From an uncultured delta proteobacterium (lineage in GTDB: Bacteria > Desulfobacterota > Binatia > Binatales > Binataceae), in assembly GCA_963851325.1 (NCBI GenBank), contig CAWKOR010000001.1:3508144-3572143 (forward strand): 64,000 nt of DNA, written 5' to 3'. The notes under the pieces are model-generated. The model was not told the DNA's origin, did not search any database, and saw only the letters and a list, made by a program, of their open reading frames with translations. The first letter of the stretch is position 1, and each line of letters opens with the position of its first letter. This document shows, piece by piece, positions 26,877 through 36,506 of this stretch. The position numbers were made by a program, and so were the translations under genes.

Positions 26877-28952
26877 ATGCCAGAAGAATTTCAGCCGACC
26901 CAGCCCGCGCGCAAAGAACGACGAACGCTGACCAGTCTCTTCATTGGTCCGCGCCGCAACGTCCGCGACCCGAACCTGTTTCACAACCTGTCGCTGGTGG
27001 CTTTTCTGGCTTGGGTCGGCCTTGGATCGGATGGTCTAAGCTCTTCCTGTTACGGGCCTGAGGAAGCCTTTCTGGCGCTCGGAACTCATCAGTATCTTGC
27101 CGTCTTCCTGGCGATGCTGATGGCGCTGACAGTCTTCATCATTTCGGCCTCCTACTCCCAGACCATCGATCAATTTCCCACCGGTGGCGGTGGATACCTC
27201 GTAGCGACAAAGCTGTTGGGCAAGTATCCGGGACTGGTCTCCGGATGCGCGCTGATCGTCGACTACGTGCTGACCATAGCGATTTCGATTGCCAGCGGCG
27301 CCGACGCCATTTTCAGCTTTCTTCCGGTCCAATGGCTGCCTTACAAATTCGCGGTGGCAATCGCGGTGGTCGTCGTGATGGTCGGGATGAACCTTCGCGG
27401 AGTGAAAGAGTCGGTGCTGGCGCTGGTACCGATCTTCCTCTCGTTCGTGGCGCTGCATTCCTTCCTCATCATTTATGCCTTCATGAGTCGCGCCGGCGAA
27501 TTGCCGGTCGTATTCCATGACGCGATGCAGGAAGCGCATCGAGGGATCGACGCGCTCGGTCTGATCGGTGTCGCGGTCATTTTCTTCCGCGCCTACAGCA
27601 TGGGCGCCGGCACCTACACCGGCATCGAGGCGGTAAGTAACGGGCTGCCGATTCTGCGCGAACCGCGCACTGTCACCGGCAAACGGACGATGCTGTATAT
27701 GGCGCTGTCGCTGGCATTTATCGCAGGCGGGATCCTGATTGCGTATCTGCTGGCCGGGGTCGAGCCGGTCCAAGGCCGAACCCTCAATGCGGTTCTATTT
27801 GACAGACTTACTAACGGCTGGACGATTGGCGGTATTTCGATTGGCCTGCCGATCGTGACGTTCACGCTGCTGACCGAGGGCGCTTTGCTGTTTGTCGCGG
27901 CGCAGACCGGATTTGTCGGTGGGCCGCAGGTTCTGTCGACGATGGCGCTCAACCGCTGGGTGCCGCGTCGTTTCTCAAACCTGAGCGAACGCCTGGTGAC
28001 GCAGGACGGCGTGGTGGCGATGGGAACGGCGGCAATTCTGATCCTCATCGGCACGCATGCGAGCGTCGGGGTGCTGGTGATCCTGTACGCCATCAACGTG
28101 TTCGTGACCTTCACCCTGTCGCAGCTTGGGATGAGCGTGCTGTGGTGGCGGGAGCGAAAAACGGAGCCTCAGTGGCGCTACAAGTTGATGGTAAACGGCA
28201 CCGGATGCATCTTCACCGCGCTCATCCTGTGTCTGACCGTGACGCTCAAGTTCGATGAGGGTGGATGGATCACAATCGCGATTACCGGCGGTGTCATACT
28301 GGCCTGTTACCTGGTTCGGTCGCACTACAATTCGGTCTCTAAAGTGATCCAGCAATTGGAGGCGGACATCCTTCCGCAGATGTTCGCAGGTGCAACCAAG
28401 ACCGCGCCCGAGCGCGATCCCGAGGCGCCTACCGCGGTAGTGATGGTGAATGGATTCAACGGCTTGGGACTCGCCACGCTGATGAAGCTTCCGCGGCTGT
28501 TTGGCGGGCAATTCCGCAACGTCGTCTTCGTCAGCGCCGGTGAAGTCGACGCCTCGTCGCTGAAGGGTCCCGAGGAGCTCGAGCAACTGGAAAAGCAACT
28601 CGCCGATGACATGCTGGAGTATTGCCGGCTGGCTTCGGATCTAGGCTTTCATGCGGAGTTCCGAACCGGCCTCGGCGCGGATGCCGTCGCGGAACTCGAC
28701 TTGCTCTGTTACGAGGTCTCCAAGGTTTTCACAAACTCGGTGTTCTTCGCCGGCCAACTGGTTTTCAATGAAGAGATGGACGGATTTTTCAGCCGCTTCC
28801 TCCATAACCACACGGCGCTCGACCTGCTCAAGCGCCTGCAACTGCGTGGACTGAGCCTGGTGATTCTGCCGGTGCGTGCGTCCCTGCGGGGCCCGGTATC
28901 CGGTCCGACTACTCACATGGAAGAGGAACAGGCCACCCAGTACGCAGGCTGA
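26877..28952 (+). CDS. APC-superfamily permease with a C-terminal cytoplasmic domain
   Basis: About 690 aa, about 12 TM helices and APC-type motifs. The ATG at 26877 is preferred over the TTG at 26847. Confidence 0.7.
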   Translation: MPEEFQPTQPARKERRTLTSLFIGPRRNVRDPNLFHNLSLVAFLAWVGLGSDGLSSSCYGPEEAFLALGTHQYLAVFLAMLMALTVFIISASYSQTIDQFPTGGGGYLVATKLLGKYPGLVSGCALIVDYVLTIAISIASGADAIFSFLPVQWLPYKFAVAIAVVVVMVGMNLRGVKESVLALVPIFLSFVALHSFLIIYAFMSRAGELPVVFHDAMQEAHRGIDALGLIGVAVIFFRAYSMGAGTYTGIEAVSNGLPILREPRTVTGKRTMLYMALSLAFIAGGILIAYLLAGVEPVQGRTLNAVLFDRLTNGWTIGGISIGLPIVTFTLLTEGALLFVAAQTGFVGGPQVLSTMALNRWVPRRFSNLSERLVTQDGVVAMGTAAILILIGTHASVGVLVILYAINVFVTFTLSQLGMSVLWWRERKTEPQWRYKLMVNGTGCIFTALILCLTVTLKFDEGGWITIAITGGVILACYLVRSHYNSVSKVIQQLEADILPQMFAGATKTAPERDPEAPTAVVMVNGFNGLGLATLMKLPRLFGGQFRNVVFVSAGEVDASSLKGPEELEQLEKQLADDMLEYCRLASDLGFHAEFRTGLGADAVAELDLLCYEVSKVFTNSVFFAGQLVFNEEMDGFFSRFLHNHTALDLLKRLQLRGLSLVILPVRASLRGPVSGPTTHMEEEQATQYAG

Positions 28953-28975
28953 TTGAGGCCGCGCGCTTCCCAGCC

Positions 28976-29842
28976 CTAACTGATTGCGGGCGGCCCGACG
29001 CGCCGGCCATCCTTCAAGATGGGATACTGACGATCGGGGGCGTCGCAGAGCGCGCCCGGCGTCACGCCGACGGATGCGGGGGTGCCTGGCGCGATTCGCG
29101 CACCATCGGGCGCGTACTGAAGGATGTAGGTCTTGCGCACGTGCCTGGTGGTATTCGGGCCGGTGCGATGCGGCGTCAGCGACGAAAACACCACCATGCT
29201 GCCGGCGCGAACCGGAACCGGCGTCGCCTCCGGCCCATCATCCTCTCGGCAGACATAGCCCGCCTCGCTCCCGCGATGCTGCAGCGTGCCGCGCAGGTGC
29301 CCACCAGGAATGATCCATGGACATCCGTTCTCGATGGTCGCATCGCTCAGCGCGATCCAGCAGGTCAGGTACGCCTGCGGCTCGATGAAGGTGTAGCCGT
29401 TGTCTTGATGCCATGGAAAATGCTTGGGGTATTCCGGCTTCTTGTAGACTGCCTGATCCCAGTAGAGACGCACGTCGGGGCCGATGAGGTCGTGGCACAA
29501 ATCCGCAAATACCTGCGACGCCGAAAACTCGCGCAGGAACTGCGAGCGCCGCACCAGCTGAATGGTGAAGCTGATGCCGTCGGCCTCGGAGATCATCAGA
29601 CGCTTGCCCGGTTGCGCGCGCACGAAGTCTTCCATTTTCGCTTCGCGCGGATCGATTTCGGCAATTACTCGCGCGACGGTTTCGCGATCGATCGCATCTT
29701 CGAGGGCGAAGAAGCCCTGCTCATTGAAGGATTGCGCCTGTTCCGCTGTGACTCTCCGAAACGGCCCAACGATCGGCTTCCACTCGAATCCTCGATTTAG
29801 CGGATGCAGCGTCGCACCGTTTGATGGTTGAGCACTAGTCAT
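28976..29842 (-). CDS. phytanoyl-CoA dioxygenase (PhyH) family Fe(II)/2-oxoglutarate oxygenase
   Basis: 288 aa with an H-x-D...H facial triad context (WHQDNGY...PHRTGPN). Confidence 0.75.
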   Translation of the reverse strand: MTSAQPSNGATLHPLNRGFEWKPIVGPFRRVTAEQAQSFNEQGFFALEDAIDRETVARVIAEIDPREAKMEDFVRAQPGKRLMISEADGISFTIQLVRRSQFLREFSASQVFADLCHDLIGPDVRLYWDQAVYKKPEYPKHFPWHQDNGYTFIEPQAYLTCWIALSDATIENGCPWIIPGGHLRGTLQHRGSEAGYVCREDDGPEATPVPVRAGSMVVFSSLTPHRTGPNTTRHVRKTYILQYAPDGARIAPGTPASVGVTPGALCDAPDRQYPILKDGRRVGPPAIS

Positions 29843-29845
29843 GGG

Positions 29846-30031
29846 TTAAGGTTCTGGAATTTCGAGGTCGCGGCAAATTTTGCGAGCGAGAAATTCGTTG
29901 ATCTCTGAGTGCCTCGGAACCGACGATGTGTTTTTCCTATCTCGACGACCTACGATGATGTGGGCGCTCCCTTCTCCAAGCACTAAGCAATCGTGCCTGT
30001 CCAAATGCCGCAGCAGATCACGTCGCTTCAT
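29846..30031 (-). CDS. hicA: HicA-family mRNA interferase toxin
   Basis: 61 aa with the HicA/YcfA pattern MKRRDLLRHLDRHDCLVLGEGSAHIIV...VPRHSEINEFLARKICRDLEI. It overlaps the hicB stop by 4 nt. Confidence 0.55.
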   Translation of the reverse strand: MKRRDLLRHLDRHDCLVLGEGSAHIIVGRRDRKNTSSVPRHSEINEFLARKICRDLEIPEP

Positions 30032-30246
30032 CTCGTATTGACTTCAATTGGTTCCCTGATTACCTCCTCGTCGTTCGAAAGTTCACTGGCTCTGGACCGG
30101 TTCACTTCGAGAATGAGCCTGATTGCTTCTTTGAGATTGGAGCGCGCTTCACGCAAGGTCTTGCCTTGGGTGTTGGCTCCCGGAAGCTCCTCGACAAAGC
30201 CGATGTATCCTTCCGGAACTTTTTTGAAAACCGCCGTAAATCGCAT
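30028..30246 (-). CDS. hicB: HicB-family antitoxin (UPF0150/HicB-like domain)
   Basis: 72 aa with the pattern YIGFVEELPGANTQGKTLREARSNLKEAIRLILE. Confidence 0.6.
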   Translation of the reverse strand: MRFTAVFKKVPEGYIGFVEELPGANTQGKTLREARSNLKEAIRLILEVNRSRASELSNDEEVIREPIEVNTR

Positions 30247-30264
30247 TGCGGATATCCTCCGCCC

Positions 30265-32391
30265 TCATTTGCCGGGAGGCTCGGTCGATTCGGCGACGAT
30301 CTCGATGAGGTCGCGCACTCGCATCGAGTCCTCGAGCGAGCGCGACTTCAGCGCGTCTTCCATCATGGTCATGCAGAACGGGCATCCGACCGCCAGCGTC
30401 TTCGGATTCGCGACGCTTATCTGGTCGAAGCGCTTCTGGTTGATGCGGGTGCCTTCGTGCTCCTCTTTCCACATGCATCCGCCGCCCGCGCCGCAACAGA
30501 ATGTACGATTCTTCGACTGATCGACATCCTCAACTTCGGTGCCCGGGATGGCGCGCAGAGTGTTGCGAGCACCGTCCCATTGCCGGTTGTGGCGCGCCAT
30601 GTAACACGGATCGTGATAGGTGATGCGTTCATTGACCGGGGTGCGCGGCTTGAGGCGTCCGGCCTGAATCAGTTCATCGAGGAATTCGGCCTCGTGCATC
30701 ACCTGGTAGTTGCCGCCGAAGTCCGGGTACTCGTTTTTCAGGTTGTGGAAGCAATGCGGGCACTGGGTGATGATGCGCCGCGGCTTGTAGCGATTGAGCG
30801 TCTCAACGTTCTGCCCCGCGACCGTGGCGTACAGGTATTCGTTGCCGAGTCGGCGCGCCGGATCGCCGGTACACATTTCTTCCTTGCCCAAAATGGCGAA
30901 TTTAACGCCTGCCTGTTTCATCAGACCGGCGAACGAGCGGCTGACCTTCTGATTGCGCTCGTCATACGAGCCCGCGCATCCGACCCAGTACAGCACATCG
31001 ATGTCACTGGGGTCCTCGAGCTCGGCCATCTCCGGAATTTCCAGTCCGCCGGCCCAATCGGCGCGCTTTTCCTGCGCGAGGCCCCACGGATTGCCCTGGT
31101 TCTCGATGCCCTTGAAAGCGCTGGTCGCCTCCTGCGGAAAGCGGGACTCCATCAACACATCGTAGCGGCGCATGTCTACGATGCGCTGGATGTGCTCGAT
31201 GCCCACCGGGCATCCTTCCTCACACCAGCCGCAGGTCGTACATCCCCACACTGCTTCTTCGGTCGCGACCTCGGTGATCATGTCGCGGCCGGTGTATTGC
31301 GGCAGTTCAGTTGCGCCGCTGGTGGTCGCCGCCTTGAGCGCGAGCAGGAACGGCGCCTTTTCGAGCAGATGCTCGCGCTGCTCGACAACCAGATACTTTG
31401 GATTGAGGGTCTTGCCGGTGTTGACGGTCGGGCAGTTGATGGTGCATCGCCCGCATTCGAGACACGACGCCATGTCGAGCAGCGTCTTCCACCCATACTG
31501 CTCAACTTGCGAGACGCCAAAGGTCTCGGCGTTTTCGAAATCCTTGATCGGAGCGAGCCGTCCACGCGGATGCAGGTTGCGAAAAAATAGATTCAACGGC
31601 GCAAAAAACAGGTGACGCAGCTTCGAGAACGGAAAACAGAACAGCAACCCGAACACCAGGATGACGTGGACGATCCACAGCGTACGATGGTACATGGCGC
31701 CCGCGCCGATGCCGCCCTCGATTCTCGCAAGCATGCGCCCGAGGTACGCCCATTCGGTGAAGTCAGGATGCTGCGCGTTGATGCGCGCACCTTCGAGCAT
31801 CAAGCCGGTGATGGCGACCAGCACCATCATCAGCATCGGAATTTCGTAGCCGAGGCGGTTCTCGAGGTTGTCGATCACCTTTTCCTGCGGCGGCGGACTT
31901 AGCAGGGTCGGACGCCGAAACGCGCGGCGCGCGCCTTCCGCGAGGACTCCGAGAATCAGCAGCAGGAAGAAGGTGTCCATTGCGGCTTTGTAAAGCAGGT
32001 AGAAATCGCCGTAGTAGAAAAACGTCGGAATGCCGACGCTCTTGAGCGCGAGTTGAATCGGCGTGATCGGTCCGAGGCTCGGATCATTGATGAGAACGAT
32101 CACGGTACCGATGAAGAGTCCGACGAATGCGACGTAGAACGAATAGTGCATCCAGCCCCAGGTCTCGCGGATGACGACGCCCTGCCCGAACGAATCGCGC
32201 AACGCGAGAATCAGCCGGCGCGGAAGCTGTGCGAAGCGGCCCTCCTCGGCTTGCCCCAGCGTCACCACGCGGAACCATCGCCATGCCGCGTAGATGATTG
32301 CTGCGGTCCACAACGCCGTGAGGGCATACATGATCACGACGAATGCGTCCGGCACATTCCATAGGATGGGGCGGGTTATGTTTTGGTCCAT
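30265..32391 (-). CDS. membrane-anchored HdrD/DsrK/GlpC-family Fe-S oxidoreductase (DsrMK-like fusion)
   Basis: 708 aa. The N-terminal ~290 aa form a polytopic membrane domain. The C-terminus has two 4Fe-4S ferredoxin motifs (CLECGRCTINCP, CTTCGWCEEGCP) and two CCG domains (CPHC...; CCGAGGGCMW, CPFC). Confidence 0.7.
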   Translation of the reverse strand: MDQNITRPILWNVPDAFVVIMYALTALWTAAIIYAAWRWFRVVTLGQAEEGRFAQLPRRLILALRDSFGQGVVIRETWGWMHYSFYVAFVGLFIGTVIVLINDPSLGPITPIQLALKSVGIPTFFYYGDFYLLYKAAMDTFFLLLILGVLAEGARRAFRRPTLLSPPPQEKVIDNLENRLGYEIPMLMMVLVAITGLMLEGARINAQHPDFTEWAYLGRMLARIEGGIGAGAMYHRTLWIVHVILVFGLLFCFPFSKLRHLFFAPLNLFFRNLHPRGRLAPIKDFENAETFGVSQVEQYGWKTLLDMASCLECGRCTINCPTVNTGKTLNPKYLVVEQREHLLEKAPFLLALKAATTSGATELPQYTGRDMITEVATEEAVWGCTTCGWCEEGCPVGIEHIQRIVDMRRYDVLMESRFPQEATSAFKGIENQGNPWGLAQEKRADWAGGLEIPEMAELEDPSDIDVLYWVGCAGSYDERNQKVSRSFAGLMKQAGVKFAILGKEEMCTGDPARRLGNEYLYATVAGQNVETLNRYKPRRIITQCPHCFHNLKNEYPDFGGNYQVMHEAEFLDELIQAGRLKPRTPVNERITYHDPCYMARHNRQWDGARNTLRAIPGTEVEDVDQSKNRTFCCGAGGGCMWKEEHEGTRINQKRFDQISVANPKTLAVGCPFCMTMMEDALKSRSLEDSMRVRDLIEIVAESTEPPGK

Positions 32392-32498
32392 CGCAGCTCC
32401 GGTTGTCGCCGCGCTCGATGCGCGGCTATAGGTTCATCAGACCTTTAACCAGACCGAGGGTAGGGTTTTCAACGCCCGTGCAATGTCTAGGATCGATG

Positions 32499-32927
32499 TC
32501 AGGGAGCACTCGTAACGAGGAAGGTCTGATGGAATTCGCGAAATCCGAGCTGGATGTGTTGAAAGAAATCGCGCCCGAGCAGGTTGCGATGTATCGGCAC
32601 GGTGCTGATCGCAGCATCGAGGGTGAAGGATCCGAGTTGCGGATGCGAGAGTTTGAGGCGGTGAATTCGCGCGCTGATGGCGAAGCCCGCTGCGGGGTTC
32701 AATCTCACCTCTCGTCCAGCCATTAGCTCAATACTCAATCGAGGCACTAGGAGGGCGCCATCGAAGATCGAGAGCTCTGCCCCTGAATCGAGATAAGCAT
32801 TGATGTCGATAGTTCGGCCGATGATCTCAGGGCGAGCAACGCGAAGTTCCAATCCTGGAAAAGAGTGTCCCGAAACTTCATCGATCGAATAGACGAAGGA
32901 ATGACTATAGGTGACTGCAGTCGCCAC
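32499..32927 (-). CDS. retropepsin-like (clan AA) aspartyl protease
   Basis: Catalytic D-S-G-A motif (YLDSGAELSIF). The likely GTG start at 32927 overlaps the TAG stop of the upstream gene by 1 nt. The longer ORF to 33125 has an implausible Arg-rich N-terminus. Confidence 0.5.
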   Translation of the reverse strand: MATAVTYSHSFVYSIDEVSGHSFPGLELRVARPEIIGRTIDINAYLDSGAELSIFDGALLVPRLSIELMAGREVRLNPAAGFAISARIHRLKLSHPQLGSFTLDAAISTVPIHRNLLGRDFFQHIQLGFREFHQTFLVTSAP

Positions 32928-33247
32928 TATAACCAACCTGTTCGATACGTATTCGGTGGCAACGGCGGCTCGACAAAGAAAATATAAGGGGTCTTGACTC
33001 CGCGCCGCTTGGCAACTTCGAACAGCTTCGCAGGCTCTTTTCCATGTGCAATGATTTCGGTGCCTTCCACAATAACGTACTCGCCCGCGCATTTGCGCAA
33101 CTCTTCGGGATGGGCCTTGAGCCATTCGTTTTCCACCACCCGATAGCCATAAGGGGAAGACGGTTTATCTTGAACGGCTTTGCTTGACCTGCCGACGCGC
33201 GGCTGCTTGCGCACAGGATGCGTCGGATTTTTCGCTTTTGCTTTCAT
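32927..33247 (-). CDS. small DUF5678-like protein with a basic N-terminal tail
   Basis: 106 aa. The C-terminal ~60 aa (ENEWLKAHPEELRKCAGEYVIVEGTEIIAHGKEPAKLFEVAKRRGVKTPYIFFVEP) fit the DUF5678 pattern. The N-terminal 35 aa are Lys/Arg-rich. Confidence 0.45.
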   Translation of the reverse strand: MKAKAKNPTHPVRKQPRVGRSSKAVQDKPSSPYGYRVVENEWLKAHPEELRKCAGEYVIVEGTEIIAHGKEPAKLFEVAKRRGVKTPYIFFVEPPLPPNTYRTGWL

Positions 33248-33307
33248 CTTTTCGCCTGCACCTGAAGTTATCGCTTCTCAACAGCACGATCTAGCGAGAC
33301 TTCGCGC

Positions 33308-34810
33308 TCACATCGAAGTTGCGCTGACGCTGCCGTTCTCGAGGCGCCATTGGATCGCCGTGCATCGATGCGCGAGCGCGTCGTCGTGCGTCACCATCAC
33401 CAGTGCCCCGGGATATTCGGCCAGCGCATCCTCGAGGCGTTCGATCGCGGGAATATCGAGGTGGTTGGTCGGCTCATCCAGCACCATTGCCCACACCTGG
33501 GTGCCGAGGCCGAATGCCAGCTTCAGCTTGCGCGCCTCGCCCGGCGAGGGCGATTGCGACGCGAGGATGCGCTCCGGATCGATACCCAGCGCTGCGACCA
33601 GGGTCAGCACTCGCGCGCGATCGTCCGCGTTGAGCGCGCGAATTTCGCTCGCGAGCGCGGCGCTATCGGCGGCGCTTAGCTCTTGCGGAAGGTACATGAG
33701 TCGCGACGATGCGATGCGGGCGCGGCCTACCATCGCCTTGAGCAGTGTAGTCTTGCCGACGCCATTGGGACCCGCGACGCGAATCTTGTCGCCGCGATGC
33801 ACCGACAGATGCACCTCGCGCAGGATCGGTTTCTCGCCCGCGCAGACTACTTCCTCATCGAGGCCGAGGACGCGGCTTTGAGGGGCCGGAACGTAGTCGA
33901 CGAACAGCGCGCGCCCTTTGTCTTTACGGAAGACGAATTGTTCGAGGCTCTGCGCGAGGCGTTCGGTCCGTGCCCGCACCACTGCGACGTCTCGCGACAG
34001 CCGCTCCGACCCCATCTGCGCTTTGCCTTTGGCCATCATGCTGCTGGCGTCGTGATCGCGTGGACCTTTCATTCGCAAGCGCGCGCCCGAATTGGACTGA
34101 TGCTCCGCTGACTGCGAAAGTCGGCGCTTGTCCGCCAGCGTGCGCCGCAGTTTCTGATGCTCACGCTTGAGGCGATCGTGCTCGGTCTGGTACTCGCGCT
34201 CTTCCGCCTCCCAATTTCGCTTCGCCGCCGAGTACGCCCCGCGCCACATGCGCGCCGTGCCGCGATCGACGCGCACCGTGTATGCGCAGAGCTCATCCAG
34301 CATCGCGCGATCATGCGACACCACGATGCCGAGGCCGCGAAACCTGAGCAGCCCCGCGATCAGAAAATCGCGCGCCTCACTGTCGAGATGATCGGTCGGC
34401 TCATCCAGCATCAGGACCGCGGGATCGTTCCACAGCGCGGCGCCGACCTGCCATCGCTTGCGCTCGCCTGGCGACAGCGTCGGCCAGCGCGAGATCTCCG
34501 CGGACCGCAATGCGAGTTCGCCGAACAATCGGCATGCCTCGCCATCGAGCGCCGAGCCAAAGCGCGCGATTTCAGGCGTGAGGTCCTCGACGGTCTGGCG
34601 CAGAAGAATTGGCGGTGCGCCACCATCGCAGTGGATGCTGCCTGACGACGGCTCCAACTCCCCGGCGATCAGGCGCATGAGGGTAGTCTTGCCTGCGCCG
34701 TTGGGACCGACGATGCCGGTCCATCCGTTGCTGATTTGGAGATTTGCGTCGCGGATGATTGCGACGGAATCGGAATAGGAAAAAGAGAGACTCGAAACGC
34801 GAACGAACAT
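33308..34810 (-). CDS. ABC-F family ATPase (tandem ABC domains, no TMD)
   Basis: 500 aa with two Walker A motifs ([18 protein letters not shown]), two signature/Walker B sets and an inter-domain charged linker. Confidence 0.8.
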   Translation of the reverse strand: MFVRVSSLSFSYSDSVAIIRDANLQISNGWTGIVGPNGAGKTTLMRLIAGELEPSSGSIHCDGGAPPILLRQTVEDLTPEIARFGSALDGEACRLFGELALRSAEISRWPTLSPGERKRWQVGAALWNDPAVLMLDEPTDHLDSEARDFLIAGLLRFRGLGIVVSHDRAMLDELCAYTVRVDRGTARMWRGAYSAAKRNWEAEEREYQTEHDRLKREHQKLRRTLADKRRLSQSAEHQSNSGARLRMKGPRDHDASSMMAKGKAQMGSERLSRDVAVVRARTERLAQSLEQFVFRKDKGRALFVDYVPAPQSRVLGLDEEVVCAGEKPILREVHLSVHRGDKIRVAGPNGVGKTTLLKAMVGRARIASSRLMYLPQELSAADSAALASEIRALNADDRARVLTLVAALGIDPERILASQSPSPGEARKLKLAFGLGTQVWAMVLDEPTNHLDIPAIERLEDALAEYPGALVMVTHDDALAHRCTAIQWRLENGSVSATSM

Positions 34811-34955
34811 AACTGCTCCTCAAGTCGCGGGCGCATTTGCGCGCGCGATCGGTTTTCGGTCGAACCGGGATGAGCAGTTACTTCCTCACGCGTTGATACC
34901 TCTCTTCGCTGGAATAATTACAAAGTATGTCGCCTCAAAATCGCGATCAAGCTCA

Positions 34956-35915
34956 CTACAGACTGCGCAGAAAATCGAGCAGCAACTGATTGATCTCCTT
35001 GGGCCGCTCCTGCTGGATCCAATGGCCGGCGCCCGGAATCAGATGCTTCTTGTAAAGGTTCGCGACGTGGCTTTCCAGGTTCTCGTAGCCGTCTGCCGCC
35101 ATGTCCATCACGATGTCGCGGTCGCCGGCCGCGAACACCGTAGGCCGGATGATCTTCGCGCCATCGAGGAACGGAGTCAGCTCCCAGTTGCGATCGATGT
35201 TGCGATACCAGTTGATGCCGCCGCGAAAGCCCGACTGCTTGAATTCGTTAGTGAAGAAGGCGAGATCCTGCTCGGTCAGCCATGGTGGAAGCTGATCGGG
35301 AATCACCAACGTATCGACGAAGCGTTGATTCTTCTCGAACAGGAACTTGAAGCGATCTTCCGCCGCAGCGTCGCCCGAACCGCAGTAAAGAATCCCCAGC
35401 ATAGTTCGGCGCACATCGGCCTCGAGTTCCTTTTCAACCTTGCCGGGTTCCTGGAAATAGTCCTGGTAGAAGTTCTTGTGCTGGGTGATCGCCTTGAAAA
35501 ATTCGGCGGGCCGAAGCGCGGAGCGCGAACTGTACGGGACGCTCAGCAATCCCAGGCCGCGGAACATATCGGTTCGCATCAGCGCCGAGGTCCATGCGAC
35601 CGGCGCACCCCAATCGTGTCCCACGATCACGGCGCGTTCCTGCCCGAACGAGTTCACCAGCCCCACGATGTCGCTTACCAGGTTGAGGATGCTGTAGGCC
35701 TCGATCGCTTCGGGTTTGTCTGTCTGTCCATAGCCGCGCTGATCGGGCGCGACGACATGGAATCCGGCCTCTGCGAGTACGGGAATCTGATGCCGCCACG
35801 AGTACCAGGACTCGGGCCATCCGTGGCATAGCACCACCAGCGGACCGCTACCCGCTTCGACGTAGTGCATCTTGATGCCGTTGGTGTGGGCGAAACCATG
35901 CTTCAGGTCAGCCAT
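34956..35915 (-). CDS. alpha/beta hydrolase, epoxide hydrolase/haloalkane dehalogenase-like
   Basis: HGWPESWYSWRHQ motif, GHDWG nucleophile elbow. The start is probably at MADLKHG (35915). Confidence 0.75.
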   Translation of the reverse strand: MADLKHGFAHTNGIKMHYVEAGSGPLVVLCHGWPESWYSWRHQIPVLAEAGFHVVAPDQRGYGQTDKPEAIEAYSILNLVSDIVGLVNSFGQERAVIVGHDWGAPVAWTSALMRTDMFRGLGLLSVPYSSRSALRPAEFFKAITQHKNFYQDYFQEPGKVEKELEADVRRTMLGILYCGSGDAAAEDRFKFLFEKNQRFVDTLVIPDQLPPWLTEQDLAFFTNEFKQSGFRGGINWYRNIDRNWELTPFLDGAKIIRPTVFAAGDRDIVMDMAADGYENLESHVANLYKKHLIPGAGHWIQQERPKEINQLLLDFLRSL

Positions 35916-36181
35916 CGAAATCCTCCGCGCCTCGATCGAACCTTGGCGAGCCAAAGTGTCGATCGTGGGCCGCTTATCTTTCTAGACGTGCGGAGGACAA
36001 AAGCCAACTCGCGAGCGTGGCTGAACCGACGCGACGCCCAAGGGCGTTCGCATGGCATGGCGGTTTCGCGACCTGGCCTTGCTTTACCGACATGCTGTCG
36101 ATAGTGCTCTGCTCCTGTAGCGACGAGATGTGCCCTTCCTTACGCCTCGATTTCAGAATCTCCAGCATTTTCGAGCATAAA

Positions 36182-36232
36182 GTGGGTTTGTTTTCGCATT
36201 TCCGAACATGATCGGTGTCCTGTCAAGGACCC
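36182..36232 (+). repeat. copy D of the GTGGGTTTGTTTTCGC-hairpin repeat family (sigma-54-like -24/-12 core)
   Basis: gtGGgtttgttttcGCatttccgaacatgatcgg followed by the hairpin GTCCTgtcaAGGAC. The core is shared with the copies at 62.7-63.1 kb. Confidence 0.5.
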
Positions 36233-36386
36233 AAGCCGACCAGGATTTTACGGAGCGTCGCAACGACGGCCCCCCCTACCGGTTCCAAGGCCGAGGTCGT
36301 TAGTGCAGGCCGCCAACGTTCGCAACCGACGGCGTGCCGCAAGCGACGCCATCTCAGGAGGAAAACCCGCATATTTGCTCACGATA

Positions 36387-36506
36387 ATGGGTTTGTTTTT
36401 TCCATTTCTGAACATCATCGAACCGCCGCGGTGGGTTCGTTTGATGTAATTTCGCTTCGTTCGCATTGCTTCAAAAAACGCCAGTGGCGCCCCAAGGAGC
36501 GCCACA
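36387..36506 (+). repeat. copy E of the same repeat family (degenerate core)
   Basis: atGGgtttgttttttccatttctgaacatcatcga shares the TTTCYGAACATSATCG segment with copy D. It ends in the hairpin GTGGCGCcccaaggaGCGCCAC. Confidence 0.45.
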
